A stretch of 64,000 nt of DNA from Schizochytrium sp. TIO01. Lineage: Eukaryota > Protista > Bigyra: Labyrinthulomycetes. A program made the position numbers and the translations under genes. This document shows, piece by piece, positions 24,863-35,686 of the stretch (its first letter is position 1; each line of letters opens with the position of its first letter). A model generated the notes under the pieces. The model saw nothing but the letters and a program-made list of their open reading frames with translations. It was not told the origin of the DNA and ran no database searches. The DNA is taken from positions 3,546,040-3,610,039 of the forward strand of contig SMSO01000035.1 in the NCBI GenBank assembly GCA_004764695.1, given 5' to 3'.

Positions 24863-25579
24863 AGAGAAATCGTGGATGACGAAGGCAACATTGGAAAAGT
24901 AGGTAGCTACTCTCTCGCGTGTTGATAACGCGCTGGAGAACCGGGCCACAAAACCAAAGCCGATAATATATTCTTTGCTGTAGACGTGGATCTAGTGCAA
25001 GGTTTCAATGTTAAATGTTTCATGAAAGCGGCCAACATATCAGGCTTGCTGTTTGCAAAAGACAATAGAACAATCAAAACCCCGTGGCTATGTACGATGA
25101 CAGACTCCAATAAGACGATTGTAGTGCTTGCAACATTGCTTATTTTCTGGGCTCAGAAACTTCAAGAAGCTTTGGCTTGCCAGGTATCAGATTGAACATT
25201 GAACAAACAAACAAAGTACAAGTGCACACGAAATGGGTCAAAGAAGATAAACCTTGAAAGCGAATTCGTAGATTATGATGAAGTCAAGACGGTGGTGAAG
25301 CGTCTCGCTTATTATGCGCCAACTTCTTCTGATTATTTTGCCATTCATTGTTTTCGAGTTGAGGCAAGAGGGACAATTGCTGAGTGTGAAACGTGTGCTA
25401 CGAGTATGGAAGTATGCACATGAAATACGTGCACGTGCAGCCTTTGGAAGGCCGAAGGGAGGCCAAGGAGGCGAGCTACAGGTCCTCTACGAGGGAAGAA
25501 AAGAGGGCGTACGCCTATAAATCCGAGATCTTCAGATACCAAAAGGCCCACTTGCACGGAACTGGCTACAAATGAATAG
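24863..25579 (+). pseudogene. Possible decayed coding remnant of unknown origin
   Basis: ORFs 24986 and 25199 and their flanks share one frame over about 240 codons with four internal stops. Confidence 0.25.
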
Positions 25580-26516
25580 TTGCAAAGACTCTAGCTAGGC
25601 GCCCATCCGCAAAGCTGAGCTCGATTGGCTGGTTGACGTTATCACAGCCATGTGCACGTTCAATTCTGTGGTACCTGGCTCAATTGAAAATTATAGATGG
25701 TACACAACCCTTAGTAGAATTTTCACCAAAGGAAAAGCTTCTGCTGGGTAAGGGAACCAGTTTGGCTACAAGTTGCGAAAGGGTGAAGGCTCAAATGGCA
25801 CTACCTACTATAGTACAGTGTTTTTACTAGGTCACATACGCGGCTGGACACCATCGCGGCTTTCTAAACGAGTAGCTGACTTCGAAGCTCGTGCAGCTCT
25901 GAGAGAGTTCGCATGTCGATAAGAGTTAGACACGTGGTTGAAACTGAGAGGAAATATTGAAGGCCAAGTTCGCACGATGTGATTCAAAAGAGTACAAGCA
26001 AAATCTGAGCGAGTGAAAACCAGAAAGACTATAGGCTAGTCGCATAAATTGGAGTAAAACACGCGCTTAAACATTAATTCTTATGAAGAGGGGAACATCG
26101 TAAGTAGGATTGCGTAGGAACCACAAATAGCACGCTCTGCCTTGATTTGGAAAATCTTGCAGCCTTGCTCAGATAGTTAAAGGCTTGGTTTGGATGGCCC
26201 TATGTAGAGTCAGACAGAATAAGAACTCTGGTGAATCCTACCCAAACGATGCGTAAGGACCTACAGTGTATGTACTTGGACAACATAAAGGAGTGTGCTA
26301 CAGAGCACACTCAAACGAACGAGGGAGGCTATTCATCGTTACCGTGATAAATAATTCGGATAGGAAGAAGCCCAGAATTTGGTGTGGATGGTATACTTTC
26401 GGTTTCATCCTTGTAAATCAGCGATTTTTGCCCCGAAAGATAACTCCAGATTGCCACCCTGCTACTCTTGCTACTGGTATATAATTTACGAATCCACCAC
26501 CAGATGAGAACAGCGT

Positions 26517-28322
26517 TTAAAGAGAATGAGCAGTAGGCATTCCTTTGGCCACATCGACCTCCTTTGCAACGGGGATCTCCGTGTCCTCTGGTTGTTGTAC
26601 TACCGAAGAGTGAGTTAAACACATACCAGTGGAGTTTTCGAAAATAAACTCAGCAGCCATGGTCTGTTCAACAGGATGGAAGGTTTGGGCAAACGCATAC
26701 GCAAAGAATAGTTCGCTGATCCAGCCCAAAAATACAGCTACAATCATTAAGTAGAGACCTGCCAGGACATTTGATTCCATTGAAACCTCCACGGTAGAAC
26801 CAGAGCCGCTGATTGCTTTGTTGATAAATCGATCCCATTCTGCAATGACGATGCCAAATCCAAGGACAAAAACGTCCAAGCAGGCGAACCCACTAAGAAG
26901 ATCCACGTATTTAGCATATTTACGGTTCCAGCCATAGAACGAAGCAACTAGAACTGATATGTAAGAAATAAGCGGAATTATAAACACTAGGACGAGGTAG
27001 AAGACCATGAGTACGCCCATCATGCCCGGCTTACGCATAAGTGAAAGGCGATCCGGGGACAGCAAAGTGGACAAAATGCTTCCAGATGAATACTCATATG
27101 TGGATAACTCAGATCCGCTCACATAAAGAGTAAATGACATGCAAGTCACCGCAAAGCCAGCAAAAGTCAAAGCAATCTGAATGATACAGAATGCTAACCA
27201 AAAGATCTTGCCAAAGCCATTGCAGCGATCCCATGAGTTTGCAGACTTTGGTTTAAAGTCCAAGACCTTGACCAAAGCTTCGGTTGATCCAGTGCCCTTG
27301 CGAGCATCACAAGTCTCTAAGAGCTCAAGATGTTTGGAACGCATCCATTCGCCTTGAACTAGATCCCACATGGCGGCAATCGCAAAAGTAACGATAGCCA
27401 CCCGAGGTTCTGCAAGGACAGTAAGATTGACTATTTCAGCCTGAATCTGCACGCCACAAACAATGATAATCACAGAAAAGACATCTACCATAGACCACTT
27501 TGCCAGCCTGGTCAAATTTTTGAGAATAGCACTTCGCGTACTGGCAGTCATGGGAACGAACCAACAAACAAACATAATCACGTTCTTTGTGTAGGGCCAA
27601 ATTCCAGAACAAATCAAAATCACGATAGCAATGGCCCACGTCTCGCCAGCAATAGCATCCCGAACCGACGAGATGAAGCTGATTTCGTAAACAACATATA
27701 AACCGTCTTCACCCGCTTCTGCGAGCTCTCGATTATCCACAAGGTCTCCACCATTTGCCAGAAGACGGCGCGAGATCGTCGAACAGTCAGTGACACCTTC
27801 GTACTCATCAGTCGTAATTCCCCAGCAATCCTCAAGGGGTTCAAGGCAGGTGGGACGCATGCATGCGCTGCAGGTTGATAAGCATTCCGCATCGTTAGGG
27901 GTGACCAATTGGCATAAGCAAACACTGGCACATGAAGGAGCGCATGCCGCTGCGTCAGCAAGGCACTGCATCGAGTCGTCAGATCCCTCAGCGCCCTCTG
28001 CACGCATACAGGAAACTGATGTGTCAGCTTTCAGGTTGCATTCCCTCATAATGTCAGAGTAGTTGTACTGGCCATATTCACAGAACCACTCCTTGAAAAC
28101 AGTGTCATTCACTGCAGTTCCATACAGAGAGCCGTCGCTATCGCTACCCGAGGTAGACGGGTCTTTGTTCGAAAGCACGACGGCACTCAAGCCAAGATGA
28201 GAGTACACTTGAAGACCAACATTTCCCAGCAAGAACAGCAACGTCAGCACACTCATTCTACGCGGGTACACCTGATACAGCGTGTGCTTTTCGTTCACGT
28301 TCACGTCCACCTGCACCGCCAT
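26517..28322 (-). CDS. Membrane protein with two PqiA/LetA-like domains and a Cys-rich N-terminal extracytoplasmic region, 601 aa
   Basis: First ATG at 28322 (the ORF track starts at a TTG, and an in-frame TGA lies just upstream). PqiA signatures ILICSGIWPYTK...LAKWSMVDVF and LVFIIPLI...LSGFACLDVF, multiple hydrophobic helices, and a Cys-rich stretch after an N-terminal TM segment. Confidence 0.8.
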   Translation of the reverse strand: MAVQVDVNVNEKHTLYQVYPRRMSVLTLLFLLGNVGLQVYSHLGLSAVVLSNKDPSTSGSDSDGSLYGTAVNDTVFKEWFCEYGQYNYSDIMRECNLKADTSVSCMRAEGAEGSDDSMQCLADAAACAPSCASVCLCQLVTPNDAECLSTCSACMRPTCLEPLEDCWGITTDEYEGVTDCSTISRRLLANGGDLVDNRELAEAGEDGLYVVYEISFISSVRDAIAGETWAIAIVILICSGIWPYTKNVIMFVCWFVPMTASTRSAILKNLTRLAKWSMVDVFSVIIIVCGVQIQAEIVNLTVLAEPRVAIVTFAIAAMWDLVQGEWMRSKHLELLETCDARKGTGSTEALVKVLDFKPKSANSWDRCNGFGKIFWLAFCIIQIALTFAGFAVTCMSFTLYVSGSELSTYEYSSGSILSTLLSPDRLSLMRKPGMMGVLMVFYLVLVFIIPLISYISVLVASFYGWNRKYAKYVDLLSGFACLDVFVLGFGIVIAEWDRFINKAISGSGSTVEVSMESNVLAGLYLMIVAVFLGWISELFFAYAFAQTFHPVEQTMAAEFIFENSTGMCLTHSSVVQQPEDTEIPVAKEVDVAKGMPTAHSL

Positions 28323-28850
28323 TTTGCCACGTCTTGCTGCAGCTTTGCCCACGGCGATTGAGGGCTCAGCTTGGCTACGCTCCTCGTCGAGAGGCAAAAT
28401 TTTGCTTTTCCCTGTACTTCACCTTCTCGTATCGTGCGCTACCGTCTGAACCCGCTTATGCGCGACTAGCTGCCAGATGCGGGATACCTCGCACGTACAA
28501 ATTCCACAGTCTGCGCCTCCAACTATCACTCCTCCTTGGAGCTCGTGCAGAAGGTCCGCACCCCACCCGAGCAGGACGCCAAAGTCACTCAAGAACGGGC
28601 TAGCTCAAGCGGACGGGACCAGTCCGCAAAGCAGGTTTTCAGCCTCTGGGACAAAGTCAGCTCAGTCACTACTGCCCCTCCCTGTGGCGTAAGGCAGCAA
28701 GTGCTCCAGGGCTCTACGCAGTAGCGGGAGCGCAGGACGCAGGCCAAGCGGGTTTGCACGACGCGGACGCAGGTCTGGTGCATGGACCGCGTCTGTCCAT
28801 ATAAAGTAGCGAATTCTATGAAACTATGTAATCGTATGAACACATCGAAA

Positions 28851-28894
28851 GAATGAATGAATGAATGAATGAATGAATGAATGAATGAATGAAT
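28851..28894. repeat. (GAAT)11 microsatellite
   Basis: Read directly from the sequence. Confidence 0.95.
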
Positions 28895-29356
28895 GCACAC
28901 AAAAAGAAATGTGAAGTAAAACAAAGTCCCTTTGAACGTCCTTCTTTCTCTCTCTCTCTCTCTCTCTCTTGAAAGCAGTTTCTTCGACTCTCGACAAACC
29001 ACTCTTCGACGCTGTGGCAGCTCAGTGCGATCTGATGTGGAAAGTGCCGCTGTTTTCACAGCGCGAGAGAAAGAAAGCCCATCACCTGAATACGCTACGA
29101 TCAGCTGCTTCAATGTACTTACTTACTTTACATTGTCTCAACGAAATGTACGTACATCGATCATTGTAGATTCACTTTCTTTCTTTCTTTCTTTCTTTCC
29201 GTTTCTTTTCTTTTCCCAAGTACTCCTAACCCCTCCCTAGTCAGGCGTAAGGAATGGAGAGCGAACTTTTAGTGGAAAGTAAAGTGTCTTAACCTTAATT
29301 TGTAGTTTTTAATTTTTGATGGAAAATTAAGTTAAAGTTAATATGTTATTTAATTT

Positions 29357-29360
<4 letters not shown>

Positions 29361-29405
<45 letters not shown>
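29361..29405 (+). repeat. Poly(A) run of 45 nt
   Basis: Read directly from the sequence. Confidence 0.95.
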
Positions 29406-29407
<2 letters not shown>

Positions 29408-32400
29408 AACGTGGATAAAACTCAAGCACAAGCGATCGCGCTATTCTGCACCTTCTACCAACCTGAAACGTGCAAGTTGCGATGTTTGCGTCAGCACCGC
29501 TGCGCTATGCGGCCCCCCCATCGTACTCCAGAGACCGCTCTGACTCCTCGTCCTAGGTAGCTTCTGCTTTCGCTTCGTATGCTGCAGCAGCTGACCCAGA
29601 GGAAGAACTGGTGCCACATCGCGACTGGGAGGGGAGAAAAACGAACAACCTCAAAACGGGGGCGCTTTCTCAGGGACAAAGCCACCGCCTTCGATGCTGT
29701 CGTTGCGGCCATCGTGGTGATAGACAGGGAAGGCCGGTAGCGATTGCTTCTTCGCTGTCATTCTCTGATTTCCCTTGCACTCCATTGACGTTGATTGTTA
29801 TAGGTAGGTCCGTAATGGGCAATGGTCATGTACACCGAAGAAGGTTCTATTAATTTCTAGAGAACGTGTACTTCGTCAAACCTTGCAATGCAGTGCATTC
29901 ATTGCGTTGTGAAAAGCGGCACTGCAATGGTGGATCCAATCAAATAAGTTGGGGCACGCAGAGTTTGTCCGCAATCAGATTGGTTTGCAAGGGGTCCTCT
30001 GGGCTGTCGCTGGCTGTGCAATGGGTACACACTGCAATGGGTGCACATATATATTACATAGAACTGGAGCGAAAAGTAGTAGAAGAAGAAGAAGACCACT
30101 CAGTTGTTATTGGTAATTGATGTGGAGGACTAACGAGAACTTTTACAGGAAGCTGCTGCACTAGAAGACGAGTAGGCGTGTTTATGGAGGGCTTTGAGGC
30201 TGCATGCAAGGGACATAAATTTACATGGCAGTACCAGAACTTGATCAGATAAAGAACATGGTAACAGTGCCTAAAACCCACAGAATGGAGTCAACTTGAT
30301 ACCTTGTTCGAGTTTATTGTACGGCGCCATACTTCATGCTTGACACCAGATCTCGTGGAATGAGTGATTGTTTGGCTTGAGTTTTATGACATTCAAGTTA
30401 AAATTGCTTTATGAGTTACTCCTAACTAGTAAGCGTAAGGTGGGCGATGATCATTATTGATCACATAACCAACTAAGACTATACCGTGGCACTAATATCA
30501 CTGTATGATCAAGGCTGCTGCTCTTTTCCTCAAGCTAATGGGACAGCAATGAGTCTTTCTCTAGCCGAAGATTATGTAGTAGTGGCAGTGGCAAAACACT
30601 TGTCTTGCATCTCGAAGCAAGATATTCACCCTCATCAGTCAGAAGGACGTCAGCTTCGTGATTATCTTTTATATATATCTTGCGCAGTAGGCCTTGTTGT
30701 CTTCACAATGAAATACAAGGAATACTCTGTGCAAGAAAAAGTTAGAAGAACAATAGTACCACAAATACACAAGTCAGCCTGAAAGTTTGGTAGGCATGGT
30801 AAATTAAGCAGGCAACATACCGAGTATAGTTTCTGCGGCGATTTGGATGGGATTGCTCCTGGCAGCCATCAAAATTCGCTAGCATTGATCCATGTATGCT
30901 TAATATACACGCTGAGTGTACAAGTGACACGCACTCTTTGAATTGACCACCCAAACCATGAGAGCTTGACGGAAATCTTCTCCTAGATAATTGTTGAAGT
31001 AAATCAGTTTCGATAGTACTGTCGGCGCCCTTAAAGGACAGTTGGTCTATATGAGATATTTACAATGGATTGGTCCTCTTTTCTACAAATGTTGAAAAGT
31101 CGAAGAATATTAAATCATCCATTATTTGAAGCTATCAGGGTATAGTGTGAACATCATTTGCATTGGATGTCTCGTGGAGTCCAATTCCTTTTATAATTAC
31201 TATTTCAGCGTCTTGTTGAACATGTTTCGACACCTCGCAATGCTTCAAAATTATATCTATCTTATTACTTGAAATAAATATTTATTTATAACATCCTTCG
31301 TTAGTACTCTTCATTTGAAAATTTTAGATCCCCACCTAATTTATAGCGTTTTGTCTTTCTACGAAAGCTTTGGATTGAATGAGCATAACATGGAAGATCT
31401 CAGGCAGAGGTGTTTTTCTCACAAGTACACGAGGATACTGCTGCTGTCTCTTCCCACTCGGACCTTAAATCATATTACTGGTCACTTGATTGTGATTGCT
31501 CAAAAAGGTCAGTTCTAACGTTTCCTTCAGCCTTGTGTACGTAAAAGGGAAACCTCAGGTCAGTCGAGCTTCTTTGGTCTATCTTAAAGTTACCCTTTTG
31601 ACTCTAATGCATGAACAAGCTGTTGCCTTTTAGAACAATCCAGCCATTATCATGCAATTGCAGTTTTCGGTGTAAATATATCGCATGATTTTTTTTTGAA
31701 AGAAAAATTATAAAAATTCCAAAGGACTGACCATCTCTCAAGTCTAAAACATGGCCTGTACAATCGAGACGTGAGTATAATCAAAAGCAATAGTGCCTAC
31801 CATATGTACGTCATCTAACATCTTAAATTGTGTCTGCCTTCAATTGGACCCTGCTGGTGCTGTCAGGAATTGTCCATAAAGGAAACCACCAGCTCAGCAC
31901 GCGTTCCCAAGTAGAGTCTTTCCCCAAGCCCAAGGAAGAGGAAATGTATAAAACGCTGTACATGTTGGATTACATGTAGAGCAAGTATCATGATCATGAA
32001 AGCGATAAGAAGTACAATGCCTACAGCTTAGCTCTTGTTGCGTCCGAGTTCTTCCATATCAAAAAATGCGCATTAGGTAAGTGGAATGTTTTTATTTGAA
32101 CAATAAAAACAAAAAAAAGGAAAGCCACTTTTGCGTTCTGCAAGCGAATTGCAATTTCGTGCCACTGCGTCCGAGCGCACCTCGGGCTCCGTCACCTTGA
32201 CTTCTGCTCGGCCAGCAAGGTCCACAGCTGCGTCAAGGCTTCACCTTCTGACTGACTTATCCCCACCCAAAGATGGGGTCTCTGGCCTCACTGGTAGGCT
32301 CCACAAGCCCGCGAGTGACGGGAACCACACGATTGCACTGTTGTCAGAGGCGCAAACCTTTCCATTCAAGTTGATTGAATGAGGAGATTGCACTTCGTTA

Positions 32401-32823
32401 GTTACCTCAGCGCTACAAAAGGTTAGACGCGCCGTACCCAGATGCAGGACAAGCAAAGCGAAAGCAAAGCGAAAGCAAAGCAATAGTAAGAAAGAAATTC
32501 AAGCAAGGCAGTGGAGCAGGAAAAAGCAAGCGAAGCGATAGAAAAAGGCCAAAAGTAAAAGCAGAAGCGAAGAAAGTAATTCATAGAAAAAGCAAGCGCT
32601 GCCAGGTAAAGCTGTCTAGTGTAAATGCTAGCAGGCATTTCCATTACCAAAGTTGGCAACCAATCTTAGAGTGTCTGGCGTAAGTCAGTCAATACCCAAA
32701 CGGACTTCCGAGGTCTCGTGTTCGCGAGAACCTTCTGCTGTGGTGGCATTCACGGCCACTGCTGCGTTGAGTTTGGTTTCCTTCCATTCGGTTTTCTTTG
32801 TTCGGTCTTGCGACTAAACAAAG

Positions 32824-34833
32824 ATGAGGTCCGCTGTCTCAAACCTGTGGCGCAGCGCCTCGACTCTGGCGCCTCGTGCCTGGGGCCCTCAAACTGTCAC
32901 TCCTTCGAGGGCCCTCGGAGGTGTGTTTTCAAGCACCTTTGGACGTACATTCGCTTCCACCCCTGATGGTGACAAATTCCGCAATGTAGCCATCGTAGCT
33001 CACGTCGATCACGGCAAGACCACTCTCGTGGACGCTCTGCTCTCATCCACAGACGCTCGTACAGCCCTCAACGACCGTGTCATGGACTCCAACGATCTTG
33101 AGCGGGAGCGTGGTATCACTATTCTCAGTAAGGTCACCAGTATGCCGCATGGCAACAAGACCATCAACCTCGTAGATACCCCCGGCCACAGTGATTTCTC
33201 TGGCGAGGTTGAGCGTGTTCTCTCCATGGTTGACGGCATCTGCCTAGTGGTCTGTGCCACTGAGGGCCCCATGCCGCAGACCAAGTACGTCTTGAGCAAG
33301 GCTCTCGGTCTCGGCCTTCTTCCCATCGTCGTTATCAACAAGGTCGATCGCCCTACGGCTCGCGTTGCCGAAGTTGAGAACGAGGTTTTTGACCTCTTCT
33401 GCTCTCTCGACGCCTCCGACGAGCAGCTCGAGTACAAGACTATCTACACCTCTGGAAAAGACGGATGGTCCACGCGGAAGCTCCCCGATGAGTCTGAGCT
33501 TGAAGGATTTAAGGGTGACATGACTCCTCTTCTTGACACCATCGTGGCGACGATTCCATCTCCCCGCGTTGACGAAAGCACACCCGAACTCCGCATGCTC
33601 GTAAGTATCATGGAATCTGACCCCTCGATCCACCTCGGAAAGCTCCTTCTTACTGGACGCATCCTCTCTGGCCGTATCAAGACTGGTGACACCGTGCACG
33701 TCATGAACCCTGACGGTACGACTGTGGATAGCGCTGCCTCGGTTATTAAGCTCATGAAGCGTGTCGGAACTGCCCGCTATGAAATCGACGGATCCTCTGC
33801 AGGTGATATTATTACCATTGCTGGAATCCTCGATGGCCGCGTCGGTGATACCATCTGTGCTCCTGCTATTGCTAACCTTGGACCCCTCAAGGCTCCCAAG
33901 CTCGACCCGGCAACCATCAGCATGTACTTCTCTGTGAATGACTCGCCTCTGGCTGGCAGCAAGGAGCACTCAAACGGCACCAAGCTCACACAGCAGGCCC
34001 TCAATGACCGTCTTCGCAGTGAGGCTTTCACTAACATCGCAATCCAGGTCGCTCGTGAGACACGCAACATTGACGGACGCGAGTCTTTTGAGGTTCACGG
34101 ACGTGGTGAAATGCAGCTTGGAATTCTTATTGAGTCCATGCGCCGTGAGGGGTTTGAACTGGGCGTGTCCCCGCCCAAGGCTCTTTTCATTGAGGACGAC
34201 GACGGTCAGAAGCTCGAGCCTGTGGAAGAGATCACCGTTGATGTCCCTGAGGATATTGCTGGCAAGGTCATGGAACTCATCATTGCACGCAAGGGAGATC
34301 TCTTTGATGCTGCACTCAACGAGGAAGGCTCTCGCCGCAAGATGAGCTTCCACATCCCGTCCCGCGGAATGGTTGGCCTCCGCTCTGAGGTTACCCGCAT
34401 GGCCCGTGGTGACTGCATTGTGAACTCGATCTTTTACAAGTACGAGCCCCACAAGGGTAAGATCGGTGACACTCGCAAGGGTGTTATCCTTTCCTCTGCT
34501 GCTGGTACCTCTACTTCATACGCATGTGCTGCAGCGGAGCCTCGTGGTGAACTCTTCATTGAGCCCGGCTCAGAGGTTTACCAGGGCATGATTATTGGTG
34601 AGCACTCGCGTAATGAGGATATCGAGGTCAACATTACAAAGACCAAGAAGCTCACCAACATCCGTGCTGCCGGTAAGGATGAGGCTATTCGCCTTACCCC
34701 TCCTCGCGTCATGACCCTTGAGGATGCTATCGGATACATTAACTCCGATGAGATTATTGAGGTCACCCCAGCCTCCATTCGCCTCCGTAAGTCCATCCTT
34801 GGTTCTGTGCGCAAGGCCAAGCGCTCTGACTAA
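32824..34833 (+). CDS. typA: Translational GTPase TypA/BipA with predicted mitochondrial presequence, 669 aa
   Basis: FRNVAIVAHVDHGKTTLVD, VMDSNDLERERGITILSK, DTPGHSDFSGEVERVL, GPMPQT, NKVD, FSVNDSPLAG, GRGEMQLGILIESMRREGFE and KKLTNIRAAGKDE. The N-terminal 45 aa are Arg/Ser/Ala-rich and lack acidic residues. Confidence 0.97.
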   Translation: MRSAVSNLWRSASTLAPRAWGPQTVTPSRALGGVFSSTFGRTFASTPDGDKFRNVAIVAHVDHGKTTLVDALLSSTDARTALNDRVMDSNDLERERGITILSKVTSMPHGNKTINLVDTPGHSDFSGEVERVLSMVDGICLVVCATEGPMPQTKYVLSKALGLGLLPIVVINKVDRPTARVAEVENEVFDLFCSLDASDEQLEYKTIYTSGKDGWSTRKLPDESELEGFKGDMTPLLDTIVATIPSPRVDESTPELRMLVSIMESDPSIHLGKLLLTGRILSGRIKTGDTVHVMNPDGTTVDSAASVIKLMKRVGTARYEIDGSSAGDIITIAGILDGRVGDTICAPAIANLGPLKAPKLDPATISMYFSVNDSPLAGSKEHSNGTKLTQQALNDRLRSEAFTNIAIQVARETRNIDGRESFEVHGRGEMQLGILIESMRREGFELGVSPPKALFIEDDDGQKLEPVEEITVDVPEDIAGKVMELIIARKGDLFDAALNEEGSRRKMSFHIPSRGMVGLRSEVTRMARGDCIVNSIFYKYEPHKGKIGDTRKGVILSSAAGTSTSYACAAAEPRGELFIEPGSEVYQGMIIGEHSRNEDIEVNITKTKKLTNIRAAGKDEAIRLTPPRVMTLEDAIGYINSDEIIEVTPASIRLRKSILGSVRKAKRSD

Positions 34834-35686
34834 AACCAGGGCTAGCTACCACTGGGGGTGGCATGGTAGCCTTCATTGTCTCTACTGCGGGCTTTCCTTT
34901 ATGAGACCTTTTCTCATGACCTGCAGGTGGGGAGAGGAAGGCAAGTATCCAAATCAAGCTTAGATTTCAGAACTGGTCTTGAAAAGCAGGGATTGACTTA
35001 GATCGTCTCAGCCTCACCCATGTTCTTGCCTTTCTATGTCTTCTTTGCCACCTGTCTCACAGTGTCGCACTCTCCCTTGCGCCTTATCCACTTCAACATT
35101 TGCATAGCAAACTAGTCTGAACGGCTTCAGTGACGTTGTGGGTAAGATCGCGAAAAGAATCTGCATGTTTGCTTGTTTGTTGAGCATCATCGTATTCTTT
35201 TTCATTTCTTCGTCGCTCTCATTATTCACGCACATTGTTGCTGGCTTCTCTCTTTTCTTGTCTTGTTCGCATTTAGCGCCATGTCTTAGGTAACCACAAA
35301 ACTACCTCAATTGTCCTTGTAATTCTTTTGCTGCTTTCAGTTGATCTCAGAGTATTGTGTGTAAGCATTGTCCCTCATCTTTAACATTTCTGTCATTGCA
35401 AAATGACACCAATACTATATGTTGATTGGTGCAGTCCTTCTTTTATTCTGAACTTTTCCAAGAAGACTCTGAAACTACTTTAGTTTAATAGTTAGCGGGA
35501 GGTCGCCACCCTTCCTAGTTGCTTCATACAATAACACTGCTTCTCTAATCTAAATGCATAACTAATCTGGCTTTAATTCCTTCATGGATTGTTTCTTTAT
35601 AAGTTTGTTTTACATTGTTATACTTGTCAGACATCAAACTATTATAAAAAGAAGATCTTGATAGAGCTGTGGTGTGATATTTGGTT

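Noticed and set aside
29240-29420. Poly(A)45 as a retroposon tail
   Set aside because: No convincing target-site duplication and no upstream RT ORF or SINE boxes.
29880-30050. CTHC/HC motifs on the minus strand suggesting C2H2 fingers
   Set aside because: Partly generated by a 16-bp local duplication. His ligands and a continuous frame are missing.
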